From NCBI RefSeq assembly GCF_003334765.1, contig NZ_QOWT01000022.1: DNA of 64,000 nt; one strand, written 5' to 3'. Source of the stretch: Escherichia coli. GTDB taxonomy: Bacteria > Pseudomonadota > Gammaproteobacteria > Enterobacterales > Enterobacteriaceae. The notes beneath the pieces are model-generated. The model was not told the DNA's origin. It ran no database searches and worked only from the letters and a program-made list of their open reading frames with translations. Within the stretch, counting starts at the first letter, position 1. Every line of letters starts with the position of its first letter. The position numbers and the translations under genes were made by a program. Shown in pieces: positions 42,706 to 55,381 of the stretch.

Positions 42706-42835
42706 AACCATCCTCAAAATGTACTTTTTGTCTGAATGTAGACTATCACGGGAAAACTCTCTGAACAGTTGACGCACATCAATCTAACTTTCATTCGAAA
42801 GTATTTTAATGCTTGAACGAAATAGAGAGGCAACT

Positions 42836-43735
42836 ATGATTTTCAATATTCAGCGCTACTCGACCCATGATGGCCCCGGTATCCGCACGGTCGTATTTCT
42901 TAAAGGCTGTTCGCTGGGCTGCCGCTGGTGTCAGAACCCGGAAAGCCGCGCCCGCACGCAGGATCTGCTGTATGACGCACGACTGTGTCTGGAAGGCTGC
43001 GAGCTGTGCGCTAAGGCCGCGCCGGAAGTGATTGAGCGCGCGCTGAATGGTTTGCTTATTCATCGGGAAAAGTTAACCCCGGAGCATCTGACGGCGTTAA
43101 CCGACTGCTGTCCGACACAGGCATTAACCGTGTGTGGTGAAGTGAAAAGCGTTGAGGAGATCATGACGACCGTTCTGCGCGATAAACCGTTTTACGATCG
43201 CAGCGGCGGCGGTTTAACGCTTTCGGGTGGTGAGCCCTTTATGCAGCCGGAAATGGCGATGGCGCTACTGCAAGCCAGCCACGAGGCAGGCATTCATACT
43301 GCGGTAGAAACCTGTCTGCATGTGCCGTGGAAATATATCGCCCCTTCTCTGCCCTATATCGATCTGTTTCTTGCCGATTTAAAACACGTTGCCGACGCGC
43401 CGTTTAAACAGTGGACCGACGGTAACGCCGCCAGAGTGCTGGATAACCTGAAAAAACTCGCCGCAGCGGGCAAAAAAATCATTATCCGCGTGCCGCTGAT
43501 TCAGGGCTTTAATGCCGACGAAACCTCTGTAAAAGCCATTACCGATTTTGCCGCCGACGAGCTGCACGTTGGCGAAATTCATTTTCTGCCCTACCACACG
43601 CTGGGCATCAACAAATATCACTTACTTAATCTGCCCTATGACGCCCCGGAAAAACCGCTTGATGCGCCAGAACTGCTCGACTTTGCCCAGCAGTATGCCT
43701 GCCAGAAAGGGTTAACCGCGACCTTACGAGGATAA
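42836..43735 (+). CDS. ybiY: Glycyl-radical enzyme activating protein YbiY (PflE)
   Basis: ORF 42809-43735; start at [18 protein letters not shown]... gives 299 aa; CxxxCxxC radical-SAM motif. Confidence 0.85.
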
Positions 43736-43740
43736 CAACC

Positions 43741-46173
43741 ATGACCACACTGAAACTGGACACGCTCAGCGACCGCATTAAAGCGCACAAAAATGCGCTG
43801 GTGCATATTGTGAAACCGCCAGTCTGTACCGAGCGCGCGCAGCACTATACCGAGATGTATCAACAACATCTCGATAAGCCGATCCCGGTACGTCGCGCGC
43901 TGGCACTGGCGCATCACCTGGCGAATCGCACCATCTGGATCAAACACGATGAGTTGATCATTGGCAACCAGGCAAGCGAAGTTCGCGCCGCGCCGATCTT
44001 CCCGGAATATACTGTCTCGTGGATCGAAAAAGAGATTGATGATCTGGCAGATCGTCCCGGTGCTGGCTTTGCGGTGAGCGAAGAGAACAAACGCGTTCTG
44101 CATGAAGTGTGCCCGTGGTGGCGCGGTCAGACCGTACAGGATCGCTGCTACGGCATGTTTACCGATGAGCAAAAAGGTCTGCTGGCGACCGGAATCATTA
44201 AAGCGGAAGGCAATATGACCTCCGGCGATGCGCACCTGGCGGTGAATTTCCCGCTGCTGCTGGAAAAAGGGCTTGATGGTCTGCGCGAGAAAGTAGCGGA
44301 ACGTCGCTCGCGCATCAACCTGACGGTGCTGGAAGATTTACACGGTGAGCAATTCCTGAAAGCGATTGATATCGTGCTGGTGGCAGTCAGTGAACACATT
44401 GAACGTTTCGCTGCCCTGGCGCGTGAAATGGCCGCGACCGAAACCCGCGAAAGCCGTCGCGATGAACTGCTGGCGATGGCAGAAAACTGCGATCTTATCG
44501 CCCACCAGCCGCCGCAGACTTTCTGGCAGGCGCTGCAACTGTGTTACTTCATCCAGTTGATTTTGCAGATCGAATCTAACGGTCACTCAGTATCGTTTGG
44601 TCGTATGGACCAGTATCTCTACCCGTACTATCGCCGCGACGTTGAACTCAACCAGACGCTGGATCGCGAACACGCCATCGAGATGCTGCATAGCTGCTGG
44701 CTGAAACTGCTGGAAGTGAACAAGATCCGCTCCGGCTCACACTCAAAAGCCTCTGCGGGAAGTCCGCTGTATCAGAACGTCACTATTGGCGGGCAAAATC
44801 TGGTTGATGGTCAACCAATGGACGCGGTGAATCCACTCTCTTACGCGATCCTCGAATCCTGCGGTCGCCTGCGTTCCACTCAGCCTAACCTCAGCGTGCG
44901 TTACCATGCAGGAATGAGCAACGATTTCCTCGACGCCTGCGTACAGGTGATCCGTTGCGGCTTCGGGATGCCGGCGTTCAACAACGACGAAATCGTGATC
45001 CCGGAATTTATTAAACTCGGTATTGAACCGCAGGACGCTTATGACTACGCAGCGATTGGTTGTATAGAAACCGCCGTCGGTGGCAAATGGGGCTATCGCT
45101 GTACCGGCATGAGCTTTATCAACTTCGCCCGCGTGATGCTGGCGGCGCTGGAAGGCGGGCATGATGCCACCAGCGGCAAAGTGTTCCTGCCACAAGAAAA
45201 AGCGTTGTCGGCAGGTAACTTCAACAACTTCGATGAAGTGATGGACGCGTGGGATACGCAAATCCGTTACTACACCCGCAAATCAATCGAAATCGAATAT
45301 GTCGTCGACACCATGCTGGAAGAGAACGTGCACGATATTCTCTGCTCGGCGCTGGTGGATGACTGTATTGAGCGAGCGAAAAGTATCAAGCAAGGCGGCG
45401 CGAAATATGACTGGGTTTCTGGCCTGCAGGTCGGCATTGCCAACCTCGGCAACAGCCTGGCGGCAGTGAAGAAACTGGTGTTTGAACAAGGTGCGATTGG
45501 TCAGCAACAGCTTGCTGCCGCACTGGCAGATGACTTCGACGGCCTGACTCACGAGCAGCTGCGTCAGCGGCTGATTAACGGTGCGCCGAAGTACGGCAAC
45601 GACGATGATACTGTCGATACGCTGCTGGCTCGCGCTTATCAGACCTATATCGACGAACTGAAACAGTACCATAATCCGCGCTACGGTCGTGGTCCGGTTG
45701 GCGGCAACTATTACGCGGGTACGTCATCAATCTCCGCTAACGTACCGTTTGGCGCGCAGACTATGGCAACACCGGACGGGCGTAAAGCCCACACCCCGCT
45801 GGCAGAAGGCGCAAGCCCGGCCTCCGGTACTGACCATCTTGGCCCTACTGCGGTCATTGGCTCAGTGGGTAAACTGCCTACGGCAGCGATTCTCGGCGGC
45901 GTGTTGCTCAACCAGAAACTGAATCCGGCAACGCTGGAGAACGAATCTGACAAGCAGAAACTGATGATCCTGCTGCGTACCTTCTTTGAAGTGCATAAAG
46001 GCTGGCATATTCAGTACAACATCGTTTCCCGCGAAACGCTGCTGGATGCGAAAAAACATCCCGATCAGTATCGCGATCTGGTAGTGCGTGTCGCGGGCTA
46101 TTCCGCGTTCTTCACCGCGCTCTCTCCAGACGCTCAGGACGATATCATCGCCCGTACTGAACATATGCTGTAA
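43741..46173 (+). CDS. ybiW: Glycyl radical enzyme YbiW (PflD-like)
   Basis: 810 aa; C-terminal glycyl-radical motif RVAGYSA. Confidence 0.9.
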   Translation: MTTLKLDTLSDRIKAHKNALVHIVKPPVCTERAQHYTEMYQQHLDKPIPVRRALALAHHLANRTIWIKHDELIIGNQASEVRAAPIFPEYTVSWIEKEIDDLADRPGAGFAVSEENKRVLHEVCPWWRGQTVQDRCYGMFTDEQKGLLATGIIKAEGNMTSGDAHLAVNFPLLLEKGLDGLREKVAERRSRINLTVLEDLHGEQFLKAIDIVLVAVSEHIERFAALAREMAATETRESRRDELLAMAENCDLIAHQPPQTFWQALQLCYFIQLILQIESNGHSVSFGRMDQYLYPYYRRDVELNQTLDREHAIEMLHSCWLKLLEVNKIRSGSHSKASAGSPLYQNVTIGGQNLVDGQPMDAVNPLSYAILESCGRLRSTQPNLSVRYHAGMSNDFLDACVQVIRCGFGMPAFNNDEIVIPEFIKLGIEPQDAYDYAAIGCIETAVGGKWGYRCTGMSFINFARVMLAALEGGHDATSGKVFLPQEKALSAGNFNNFDEVMDAWDTQIRYYTRKSIEIEYVVDTMLEENVHDILCSALVDDCIERAKSIKQGGAKYDWVSGLQVGIANLGNSLAAVKKLVFEQGAIGQQQLAAALADDFDGLTHEQLRQRLINGAPKYGNDDDTVDTLLARAYQTYIDELKQYHNPRYGRGPVGGNYYAGTSSISANVPFGAQTMATPDGRKAHTPLAEGASPASGTDHLGPTAVIGSVGKLPTAAILGGVLLNQKLNPATLENESDKQKLMILLRTFFEVHKGWHIQYNIVSRETLLDAKKHPDQYRDLVVRVAGYSAFFTALSPDAQDDIIARTEHML

Positions 46174-46318
46174 TCTCCTCGGCCCGGCGGCGTCGTCGCC
46201 GGGCTAAATCATTCACATCATCAATTTCATCCTTACTTTCATTCGAAATATAATTTGTGCTCTGCGTCACATTGTTATTACACTGTTACGGTTTCATTTT
46301 CGAGCCAGGAGCACACCT

Positions 46319-47134
46319 ATGAGCGTAAAAGTTATCGTCACAGACATGGACGGTACTTTTCTTAACGACGCCAAAACGTACAACCAACCACGTTTTATGG
46401 CGCAATATCAGGAACTGAAAAAGCGCGGCATTAAGTTCGTTGTTGCCAGCGGTAATCAGTATTACCAGCTTATTTCATTCTTTCCTGAGCTAAAGGATGA
46501 GATCTCTTTTGTCGCGGAAAACGGCGCACTGGTTTACGAACATGGCAAGCAGTTGTTCCACGGCGAACTGACCCGACATGAATCGCGGATTGTTATTGGC
46601 GAGTTGCTAAAAGATAAGCAACTCAATTTTGTCGCCTGCGGTCTGCAAAGTGCATATGTCAGCGAAAATGCCCCCGAAGCATTTGTCGCACTGATGGCAA
46701 AACACTACCATCGCCTGAAACCTGTAAAAGATTATCAGGAGATTGACGACGTACTGTTCAAGTTTTCGCTCAACCTGCCGGATGAACAAATCCCGTTAGT
46801 GATCGACAAACTGCACGTAGCGCTCGATGGCATTATGAAACCCGTTACCAGTGGTTTTGGCTTTATCGACCTGATTATTCCCGGTCTACATAAAGCAAAC
46901 GGTATTTCGCGGTTACTGAAACGCTGGGATCTGTCACCGCAAAATGTGGTAGCGATTGGCGACAGCGGTAACGATGCGGAGATGCTGAAAATGGCGCGTT
47001 ATTCCTTTGCGATGGGCAATGCTGCGGAAAACATTAAACAAATCGCCCGTTACGCTACCGATGATAATAATCATGAAGGCGCGCTGAATGTGATTCAGGC
47101 GGTGCTGGATAACACATCCCCTTTTAACAGCTGA
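46319..47134 (+). CDS. ybiV: Sugar phosphatase YbiV (SupH), HAD/Cof family
   Basis: 271 aa; motifs DMDGTF and GDSGND. Confidence 0.9.
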
Positions 47135-47285
47135 CCTCTCTACCGGAGCCGTGCGCTCCGGTTTTCCCTTCTTTTTACATCCTGTACATCACATCAAATC
47201 ATTAAACTTGCATTAACTTATTTATAACTTATATTGTCACATGCAAATCAGAATGGTTTCGAATGAAAGTTAATGAGAGGTGGTT

Positions 47286-48551
47286 ATGGCTTCTACTTTT
47301 ACCAGCGACACATTGCCTGCCGATCACAAAGCAGCTATCCGTCAGATGAAGCACGCGCTGCGGGCGCAGCTTGGCGACGTCCAGCAGATCTTTAATCAGC
47401 TAAGCGATGACATTGCCACGCGAGTGGCTGAAATCAACGCACTCAAAGCACAGGGCGATGCCGTCTGGCCGGTGCTGTCTTATGCCGATATCAAAGCAGG
47501 TCATGTTACTGCAGAGCAGCGCGAACAGATTAAACGTCGCGGTTGTGCGGTGATAAAAGGCCATTTCCCCCGCGAACAAGCGCTAGGCTGGGATCAGTCG
47601 ATGCTGGACTATCTGGACCGCAACCGCTTTGACGAGGTCTACAAAGGCCCCGGCGATAATTTCTTCGGGACGCTCAGCGCTTCACGTCCCGAGATTTACC
47701 CCATCTACTGGTCGCAGGCGCAAATGCAGGCCCGCCAGAGTGAAGAAATGGCGAATGCGCAGTCGTTTCTCAATCGTCTGTGGACATTTGAAAGTGATGG
47801 AAAGCAATGGTTTAACCCGGATGTGAGCGTCATCTACCCTGACCGTATCCGCCGCCGTCCGCCCGGAACGACCTCCAAAGGTCTTGGAGCGCATACCGAC
47901 TCCGGGGCACTGGAACGCTGGCTGCTTCCAGCGTATCAGCGCGTTTTCGCCAACGTCTTTAATGGCAATCTGGCGCAATATGATCCCTGGCATGCGGCAC
48001 ATCGTACGGAAGTTGAAGAGTACACGGTGGACAACACCACCAAATGTTCCGTGTTTCGGACATTCCAGGGCTGGACAGCGCTCTCTGATATGCTGCCTGG
48101 TCAGGGGCTGCTGCACGTCGTGCCCATTCCTGAAGCTATGGCGTACGTACTGTTACGTCCGCTGCTTGATGATGTGCCGGAGGATGAACTGTGCGGCGTA
48201 GCGCCCGGAAGAGTATTGCCGGTATCAGAGCAATGGCATCCACTGTTGATTGAGGCGTTAACCAGCATTCCAAAACTCGAAGCCGGAGACTCCGTCTGGT
48301 GGCACTGCGACGTCATCCATTCCGTTGCCCCCGTTGAAAATCAACAAGGTTGGGGCAACGTGATGTACATTCCTGCGGCACCGATGTGCGAGAAAAATCT
48401 TGCCTACGCGCACAAGGTGAAGGCCGCACTGGAAAAAGGCGCATCGCCGGGCGACTTCCCGCGCGAGGACTATGAAACAAACTGGGAAGGACGCTTTACG
48501 CTTGCCGACCTCAACATTCACGGTAAGCGAGCGTTGGGCATGGATGTTTGA
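47286..48551 (+). CDS. ybiU: DUF1479-family protein YbiU
   Basis: ORF 47280-48551; start at MASTFTSD... gives 421 aa. Confidence 0.85.
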   Translation: MASTFTSDTLPADHKAAIRQMKHALRAQLGDVQQIFNQLSDDIATRVAEINALKAQGDAVWPVLSYADIKAGHVTAEQREQIKRRGCAVIKGHFPREQALGWDQSMLDYLDRNRFDEVYKGPGDNFFGTLSASRPEIYPIYWSQAQMQARQSEEMANAQSFLNRLWTFESDGKQWFNPDVSVIYPDRIRRRPPGTTSKGLGAHTDSGALERWLLPAYQRVFANVFNGNLAQYDPWHAAHRTEVEEYTVDNTTKCSVFRTFQGWTALSDMLPGQGLLHVVPIPEAMAYVLLRPLLDDVPEDELCGVAPGRVLPVSEQWHPLLIEALTSIPKLEAGDSVWWHCDVIHSVAPVENQQGWGNVMYIPAAPMCEKNLAYAHKVKAALEKGASPGDFPREDYETNWEGRFTLADLNIHGKRALGMDV

Positions 48552-48633
48552 GAATTAATGGAAGTGAATTGATGTGGGATTAAGAAAATCGATTCGACGT
48601 TACTCAGATTGCTGACAAATGCGCTTTGTTAAT

Positions 48634-48731
48634 GCCTGATGCGGCGTTAACGCCTTATCCGGCCTACAAAGTCCTGCAGATTCAATATATTGCAGGTACT
48701 GCGTAGGCCTGATAAGCGTAGCGCATCAGGC
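48634..48731. repeat. REP/BIME elements between ybiU and ybiT
   Basis: GCCTGATGCGGCGTTAACGCCTTATCCGGCCTAC and inverted GTAGGCCTGATAAGCGTAGCGCATCAGGC are typical E. coli REP palindromes. Confidence 0.8.
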
Positions 48732-48791
48732 TATTTTGCATTTGTCATCAGCCGCCGTCACCCCGACAGTATCGGGGTGACGGATAATCAC

Positions 48792-50384
48792 TTACTCGAT
48801 CCCTTTACTACGCAGGTAATCTTCGTAATTACCGCTAAAGTCGATCACGCGTTCCGGGGTGATTTCCAGAATGCGGGTCGCCAGGGAGCTTACGAACTCA
48901 CGGTCGTGTGAAACAAAGATCAGCGTGCCCTGATACAGTTCCAGTGCCATGTTCAGCGACTCAATGGATTCCATATCCAGGTGGTTGGTCGGTTCGTCCA
49001 TGATCAGAATGTTCGGCTTCTGCATCATTAACTTACCAAACAGCATCCGCCCTTTTTCCCCACCGGAAAGCACTTTAGCTGGCTTTTTGATGTCGTCCTG
49101 GCTGAACAGCAAACGACCGAGAATACTGCGTACCGCCTGCTCGTCATCGCCTTCCTGCTTCCACTGGCTCATCCATTCGAACACGGTCAGATCATTTTCA
49201 AACTCATATTCGTGGTCCTGAGCATAGTAACCAATGCGCGCGTTCTCAGACCATTTTACGGTGCCGCTGTCCGGTTGCAGATCGCCCACCAGCGTTTTCA
49301 GCAGCGTTGATTTACCGACGCCGTTGGTACCCAGTACCGCCAGTTTTTCACCCACTTCCAGCAGCAGGTTGAGATTTTTAAACAGCGGACCGTTATCAAA
49401 CCCTTTGGTCAGACCTTCCACTTCCAGCGCGTTACGGAACAGTTTCTTATCCTGTTCAAAACGGATGAACGGGTTCTGACGGCTGGAGGCTTTCACCTCT
49501 TCCAGTTTGATTTTATCAATCTGGCGCGCGCGCGAAGTTGCCTGGCGAGATTTCGAGGCGTTGGCGCTAAAGCGGCTAACGAAAGATTGCAACTCAGCAA
49601 TCTGCGCTTTCTTCTTGGCGTTATCGGCCAGCAGACGTTCACGCGCCTGGGTCGCCGCCGTCATGTACTCATCGTAGTTACCCGGATAAACGCGCAGCTC
49701 GCCGTAATCCAGATCCGCCATGTGGGTACAGACCATGTTAAGGAAGTGACGGTCGTGCGAGATGATGATCATGGTGCTGTCACGCTCGTTCAGCACCTGT
49801 TCCAGCCAGCGAATGGTGTCGATGTCGAGGTTGTTGGTCGGTTCGTCGAGCAGGAGAATATCCGGATCAGCAAACAGCGCCTGCGCCAGAAGCACACGCA
49901 GCTTCCAGCCAGGAGCAACTTCACTCATCGGGCCGTAGTGCTGTTCCACTGGAATTCCCACGCCAAGCAACAGTTCACCGGCGCGAGCTTCCGCAGAGTA
50001 ACCGTCCATTTCGCCGTATTTAACTTCCAGATCGGCCACTTTATAGCCGTCTTCTTCACTCATTTCCGGCAAAGCATAGATGCGGTCGCGCTCCTGCTTC
50101 ACTTCCCACAACTCTTTATGCCCCATGATCACCGTATCCAGCACAGTGAACTCTTCAAAGGCAAACTGATCCTGACGCAGTTTACCAATGCGCTCGTTGG
50201 GATCGAGGGAAACGTTACCCAGCGTCGGCTCAAGGTCGCCGCCGAGGATCTTCATAAAGGTGGATTTACCACTACCGTTCGCGCCAATCAGGCCGTAACG
50301 GTTGCCGCCGCCAAATTTGACGGAAATGTTTTCAAACAACGGCTTACTGCCGAACTGCATGGTGACGTTACTGGAAACTAACAC
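48792..50384 (-). CDS. ybiT: ABC-F family ATPase YbiT
   Basis: 530 aa with two ABC cassettes. Confidence 0.9.
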
Positions 50385-50602
50385 AGGCGTATCCTGAAAA
50401 GAGATATGACAAACCGCGCATTATGCCATAAGTCTGAAAGAAGATCCTGCTCCTCGCTTAAGGTCTACACTCAAGCCAAAGGCAAAAAATGTGATTTCGT
50501 ACACATCTGATTTCACTGTGAGCTGGAATGAACTTATAATGCGCTTCCAATACTCTAATATTCTCAACCCAATGGCCTGCCAGGCACAAAATCTCGCTTA
50601 AC

Positions 50603-51523
50603 ATGAATATGAAATTGAAAACATTATTCGCAGCGGCCTTCGCTGTTGTCGGCTTTTGCAGTACCGCCTCTGCGGTAACTTATCCTCTGCCAACCGACGG
50701 GAGTCGCCTGGTTGGTCAGAATCAGGTGATCACCATTCCTGAAGGTAACACTCAGCCGCTGGAGTATTTTGCCGCCGAGTACCAGATGGGGCTTTCCAAT
50801 ATGATGGAAGCGAACCCGGGTGTGGATACCTTCCTGCCGAAAGGCGGTACTGTACTGAACATTCCGCAGCAGCTGATCCTGCCGGATACCGTTCATGAAG
50901 GCATCGTCATTAACAGTGCTGAGATGCGTCTTTATTACTATCCGAAAGGGACCAACACCGTTATCGTGCTGCCGATCGGCATTGGTCAGTTAGGCAAAGA
51001 TACGCCTATCAACTGGACCACCAAAGTTGAGCGTAAAAAAGCAGGCCCGACCTGGACGCCGACCGCCAAAATGCACGCAGAGTACCGCGCTGCGGGCGAA
51101 CCGCTTCCGGCTGTCGTTCCGGCAGGTCCGGATAACCCGATGGGGCTGTATGCACTCTATATCGGTCGCCTGTATGCTATCCATGGCACCAACGCCAACT
51201 TCGGTATCGGCCTGCGTGTAAGTCATGGTTGTGTGCGTCTGCGTAACGAAGACATCAAATTCCTGTTCGAGAAAGTACCGGTCGGTACCCGCGTACAGTT
51301 TATTGATGAGCCGGTAAAAGCGACCACCGAGCCAGACGGCAGCCGTTATATTGAAGTCCATAACCCGCTGTCTACCACCGAAGCCCAGTTTGAAGGTCAG
51401 GAAATTGTGCCAATTACCCTGACGAAGAGCGTGCAGACAGTGACCGGTCAGCCAGATGTTGACCAGGTTGTTCTTGATGAAGCGATTAAAAACCGCTCCG
51501 GGATGCCGGTTCGTCTGAATTAA
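50603..51523 (+). CDS. ldtB: L,D-transpeptidase LdtB (YbiS)
   Basis: 306 aa with signal peptide; YkuD-type active site SHGCVRL. Confidence 0.9.
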
Positions 51524-51540
51524 TCTTCAAAACTTAAAGC

Positions 51541-51572
51541 AAAAGGCGGACTCATAATCCGCCTTTTTTATT
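51541..51572. terminator. Rho-independent terminator after ldtB (bidirectional with ybiR)
   Basis: AAAAGGCGGA-(CTCATAA)-TCCGCCTTTT stem-loop followed by TTTTATTT. Confidence 0.7.
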
Positions 51573-51581
51573 TGCCAGACC

Positions 51582-52700
51582 CTAGTTGGCCGGGAGTATA
51601 ACTAACAAAACATATCCCACCAACGCCGCCCACAACAGCATCGGTATTGAATAGAGATGGAAACGCCACCAGATGCGGCGATCGTTCGCCATACGTAGCG
51701 CAATCAAATTTGCCAGCGATCCGGGTAATAACCCAAAGCCACCTACGTTTACCGCCCATACCAGTAATAAAGACGGCGGCACATAGTTCAGCAACAATAT
51801 GGTACTCGGCACGTTACTGATCACCTGCGATAAACCGATTGCCGTTAACCATAACCCGGGTTCAGATAGATGACTCACGTTACCCAACACGCCTTGCAAC
51901 GCTGGAAGCTGGGTCAGTAAATGGACGTCGATAAACATCGCCATAAACACCAGCAGCAGCGTCCAGTCCACACTGAGCACCACGCGACGTGCCAGCAGCG
52001 CAAAGCCTGCCGCCACAATCACCAGTCCCCACAGCTCTTGTTTGAACTCCAGCGCCGTCAGAAAGACGATATACAGCCCCAGACAACTCCACACCAGCCG
52101 CGGTTTCCACTCCGGTGTTTGCACCCCCGTATGGTATTGCATCGCCTTTCCAGGGAAACAACACCAGCACAGGAGCAGGAGCGTCAGCATCATTGCGCCA
52201 GCCAGCGGTGCCATTTGGGCAATAAATCCGGCAAACGAAAGACCAGAACGTCCCCAGATAAGAATATTTTGCGGGTTGCCAATTGGCGTCAGTAGCGAAC
52301 CAGCGTTGACTGCCAGCGCCTCAAAAATAATCAGCCGATTAACCGGGATCTCACACAGTCTTTTTAGCGTGATAGTCAGCGGAACAACAATAAACAGCGC
52401 GACATCGTTGGTCAGAAAGGTAGAAAGCAGCGCCGCCGCCAGCACCATAAACATCGCCAGCCGACGCTCCGTAGCAAAGCGGCGCACCATTTTGCGCCCC
52501 AGCACATCAAAATAACCGCTTAACTCCACACCTTTGGTCAGCAGCATCAGGCCGCTTAAGGTGATGATGGTGTGCCAGTCGATAGCAGCAGGCCAGGATT
52601 TCGGTGCAAAGGGCACGAAAAAGCTTAATCCGATACCAACAAGAATTAATAACTGAAAAAAACGATCGCCTTGCAGCGTGCGTAAAAAAGGCAGGCTCAT
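51582..52700 (-). CDS. ybiR: Putative transporter YbiR
   Basis: 372-aa multi-TM ORF; stop overlaps mntR start. Confidence 0.85.
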
Positions 52701-53164
52701 TTGGCACCGTGTTTCTGGGTAAACAAACGAAAAGCGTCGAGCGTCTCTTCACTAACATGGTGCTCCATGCCTTCCGCGTCGCGACGGGCGATTTCCGGAC
52801 TGACGCCCAACACCAACAAGAAATTTTCGACTATCTGATGTCGCTCGCGGCTTTCCTGCGCCAGCTTCTCTCCTTCTGCCGTTAAAAACACGCCACGCCA
52901 GGGGATCATTTCAATCAGCCCCATGGTTGCCAGCCGCTTAAGCATTTTAGCCACCGTCGGTTGCGAAACTCCCAGACGAGCAGCCATGTCCACCTGACGA
53001 GCTTCCCCCACTTCCCTGATCAAGTCAGAAATCAGCTCAACGTAATCATCAATAAGCTCGCGCCGATGCGCCTCTCTGACCTGGCGGAACCCTTCAACGT
53101 GCTCTTCCACGTTCACTAACTGCGTCACTTTTTTTGCTGTTGGCGTACCTGCGCGACGACTCAT
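52697..53164 (-). CDS. mntR: Manganese transport regulator MntR
   Basis: 155 aa DtxR-family repressor. Confidence 0.9.
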
Positions 53165-53749
53165 TGTGCTTCCTCATTATGGTGACGCATACATAGCGTT
53201 CTCATTTCGTGCGCACATTGTAAACCAGAGTTGCGAAGGTACAAAAAATTAACGTTTTAGCAATAGCTATATAATATAGCCTGTGCTATATCTGTATGTA
53301 ATGCAATCATCCCTCAAGGATCGACGGGATTAGCAAGTCAGGAGGTCTTATGAATGAGTTCAAGAGGTGTATGCGCGTGTTTAGTCATTCTCCCTTTAAA
53401 GTACGGTTAATGCTGCTCTCTATGTTGTGCGATATGGTCAACAACAAACCGCAGCAAGATAAACCTTCCGATAAATAGCGGCGTCGCGGTACGCCGCTTC
53501 ACTCCTGCTTTCATGCAGGCATAACGCGTTTTGGTCTGAAAAACCCCACTTTTTGTCGGATTTGCAATCCCCTTCGCAAAAGATTTGTTCGTCAGTAGTT
53601 GACCTGAACGGCGGCTCGCTCTATCTTCTTGCAGCCCTGCGTATATTGCGGCTCGCGGATGCGGACCCCTTTCCACTCTTCACGCACTCTTGCAGGTATT
53701 GACCCTTGACGCCAGGGTAAGCACATGGCGTTTGTTACGATAGTGGCAT

Positions 53750-55333
53750 ATGAATTTAACCCTCAAAGAATCGCTTGTTACCCGTAGCCGGGTATTTAGC
53801 CCGTGGACTGCGTTCTACTTTTTACAGTCGCTATTAATTAACCTCGGCTTAGGTTACCCCTTCAGTTTGCTCTACACCGCTGCGTTTACGGCTATTTTGC
53901 TTTTGCTATGGCGAACATTGCCTCGCGTACAAAAAGTTCTGGTCGGTGTCAGTTCGCTGGTGGCGGCTTGTTATTTCCCTTTTGCTCAGGCCTACGGCGC
54001 GCCTAATTTCAATACATTGCTGGCATTGCACTCCACCAATATGGAAGAGTCGACCGAAATCCTGACGATTTTTCCGTGGTACAGCTACCTGGTCGGCTTA
54101 TTTATTTTTGCGCTCGGCGTAATAGCAATCAGGCGAAAAAAAGAGAATGAAAAAGCGCGCTGGAATACCTTCGACAGCCTGTGTCTGGTATTCAGTGTGG
54201 CGACATTTTTTGTTGCTCCCGTGCAAAACCTGGCCTGGGGTGGCGTATTTAAACTGAAAGATACTGGCTATCCGGTATTTCGTTTTGCTAAGGATGTCAT
54301 CGTCAATAATAACGAGGTGATTGAAGAGCAAGAACGGATGGCAAAACTTTCCGGAATGAAAGATACCTGGACGGTCACTGCCGTTAAGCCGAAGTATCAG
54401 ACCTATGTGGTGGTGATCGGTGAAAGCGCGCGTCGCGATGCCCTCGGTGCCTTTGGCGGTCACTGGGACAATACCCCGTTTGCCAGCAGCGTTAACGGTT
54501 TGATATTTGCTGACTACATTGCCGCCAGTGGCTCCACGCAGAAATCGCTTGGCTTAACGCTCAATCGCGTTGTCGATGGCAAACCACAGTTTCAGGATAA
54601 CTTTGTCACCCTGGCAAATCGCGCGGGCTTCCAGACCTGGTGGTTTTCCAACCAGGGTCAAATCGGCGAATACGATACCGCTATCGCCAGCATCGCCAAA
54701 CGAGCAGATGAAGTGTACTTCCTGAAAGAAGGTAATTTTGAAGCAGATAAAAACACCAAAGACGAAGCGTTACTGGATATGACCGCTCAAGTGCTGGCGC
54801 AAGAGCACTCGCAACCGCAGCTGATTGTTCTACATCTGATGGGCTCACATCCGCAGGCCTGCGACAGGACACAAGGAAAATACGAAACCTTTGTGCAATC
54901 GAAAGAAACGTCGTGCTATCTCTATACCATGACGCAAACGGACGATTTACTGCGCAAGCTGTACGATCAGTTACGCAACAGCGGCAGCAGCTTCTCGCTG
55001 GTTTACTTTTCTGACCACGGTCTGGCCTTTAAAGAGCGCGGTAAAGACGTGCAATACCTTGCCCATGATGATAAATATCAGCAAAATTTCCAGGTGCCTT
55101 TTATGGTCATTTCCAGCGACGATAAAGCGCATCGTGTGATTAAAGCCCGCCGCTCAGCCAATGACTTCTTAGGCTTTTTCTCCCAGTGGACGGGGATTAA
55201 AGCGAAGGAAATTAACATCAAATACCCGTTTATATCTGAGAAGAAAGCCGGGCCGATATACATCACCAACTTCCAGTTACAGAAGGTGGATTACAACCAT
55301 CTCGGAACCGATATTTTCGACCCGAAACCTTAA
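53750..55333 (+). CDS. opgE: Phosphoethanolamine transferase OpgE (YbiP)
   Basis: 527 aa, N-terminal TM region plus sulfatase-like domain. Confidence 0.85.
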   Translation: MNLTLKESLVTRSRVFSPWTAFYFLQSLLINLGLGYPFSLLYTAAFTAILLLLWRTLPRVQKVLVGVSSLVAACYFPFAQAYGAPNFNTLLALHSTNMEESTEILTIFPWYSYLVGLFIFALGVIAIRRKKENEKARWNTFDSLCLVFSVATFFVAPVQNLAWGGVFKLKDTGYPVFRFAKDVIVNNNEVIEEQERMAKLSGMKDTWTVTAVKPKYQTYVVVIGESARRDALGAFGGHWDNTPFASSVNGLIFADYIAASGSTQKSLGLTLNRVVDGKPQFQDNFVTLANRAGFQTWWFSNQGQIGEYDTAIASIAKRADEVYFLKEGNFEADKNTKDEALLDMTAQVLAQEHSQPQLIVLHLMGSHPQACDRTQGKYETFVQSKETSCYLYTMTQTDDLLRKLYDQLRNSGSSFSLVYFSDHGLAFKERGKDVQYLAHDDKYQQNFQVPFMVISSDDKAHRVIKARRSANDFLGFFSQWTGIKAKEINIKYPFISEKKAGPIYITNFQLQKVDYNHLGTDIFDPKP

Positions 55334-55338
55334 AAACA

Positions 55339-55367
55339 AAAATCCGCCCCGAGAGGCGGATTTTTTA
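55339..55367. terminator. Bidirectional Rho-independent terminator between opgE and ompX
   Basis: AATCCGCC-(CCGAGA)-GGCGGATT stem followed by TTTTT. Confidence 0.7.
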
Positions 55368-55381
55368 TATCACCAAAGTGA

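Noticed and set aside
49587-50381. 264-aa plus-strand ORF
   Set aside because: Antisense within ybiT, whose two ABC cassettes are clear; spurious.
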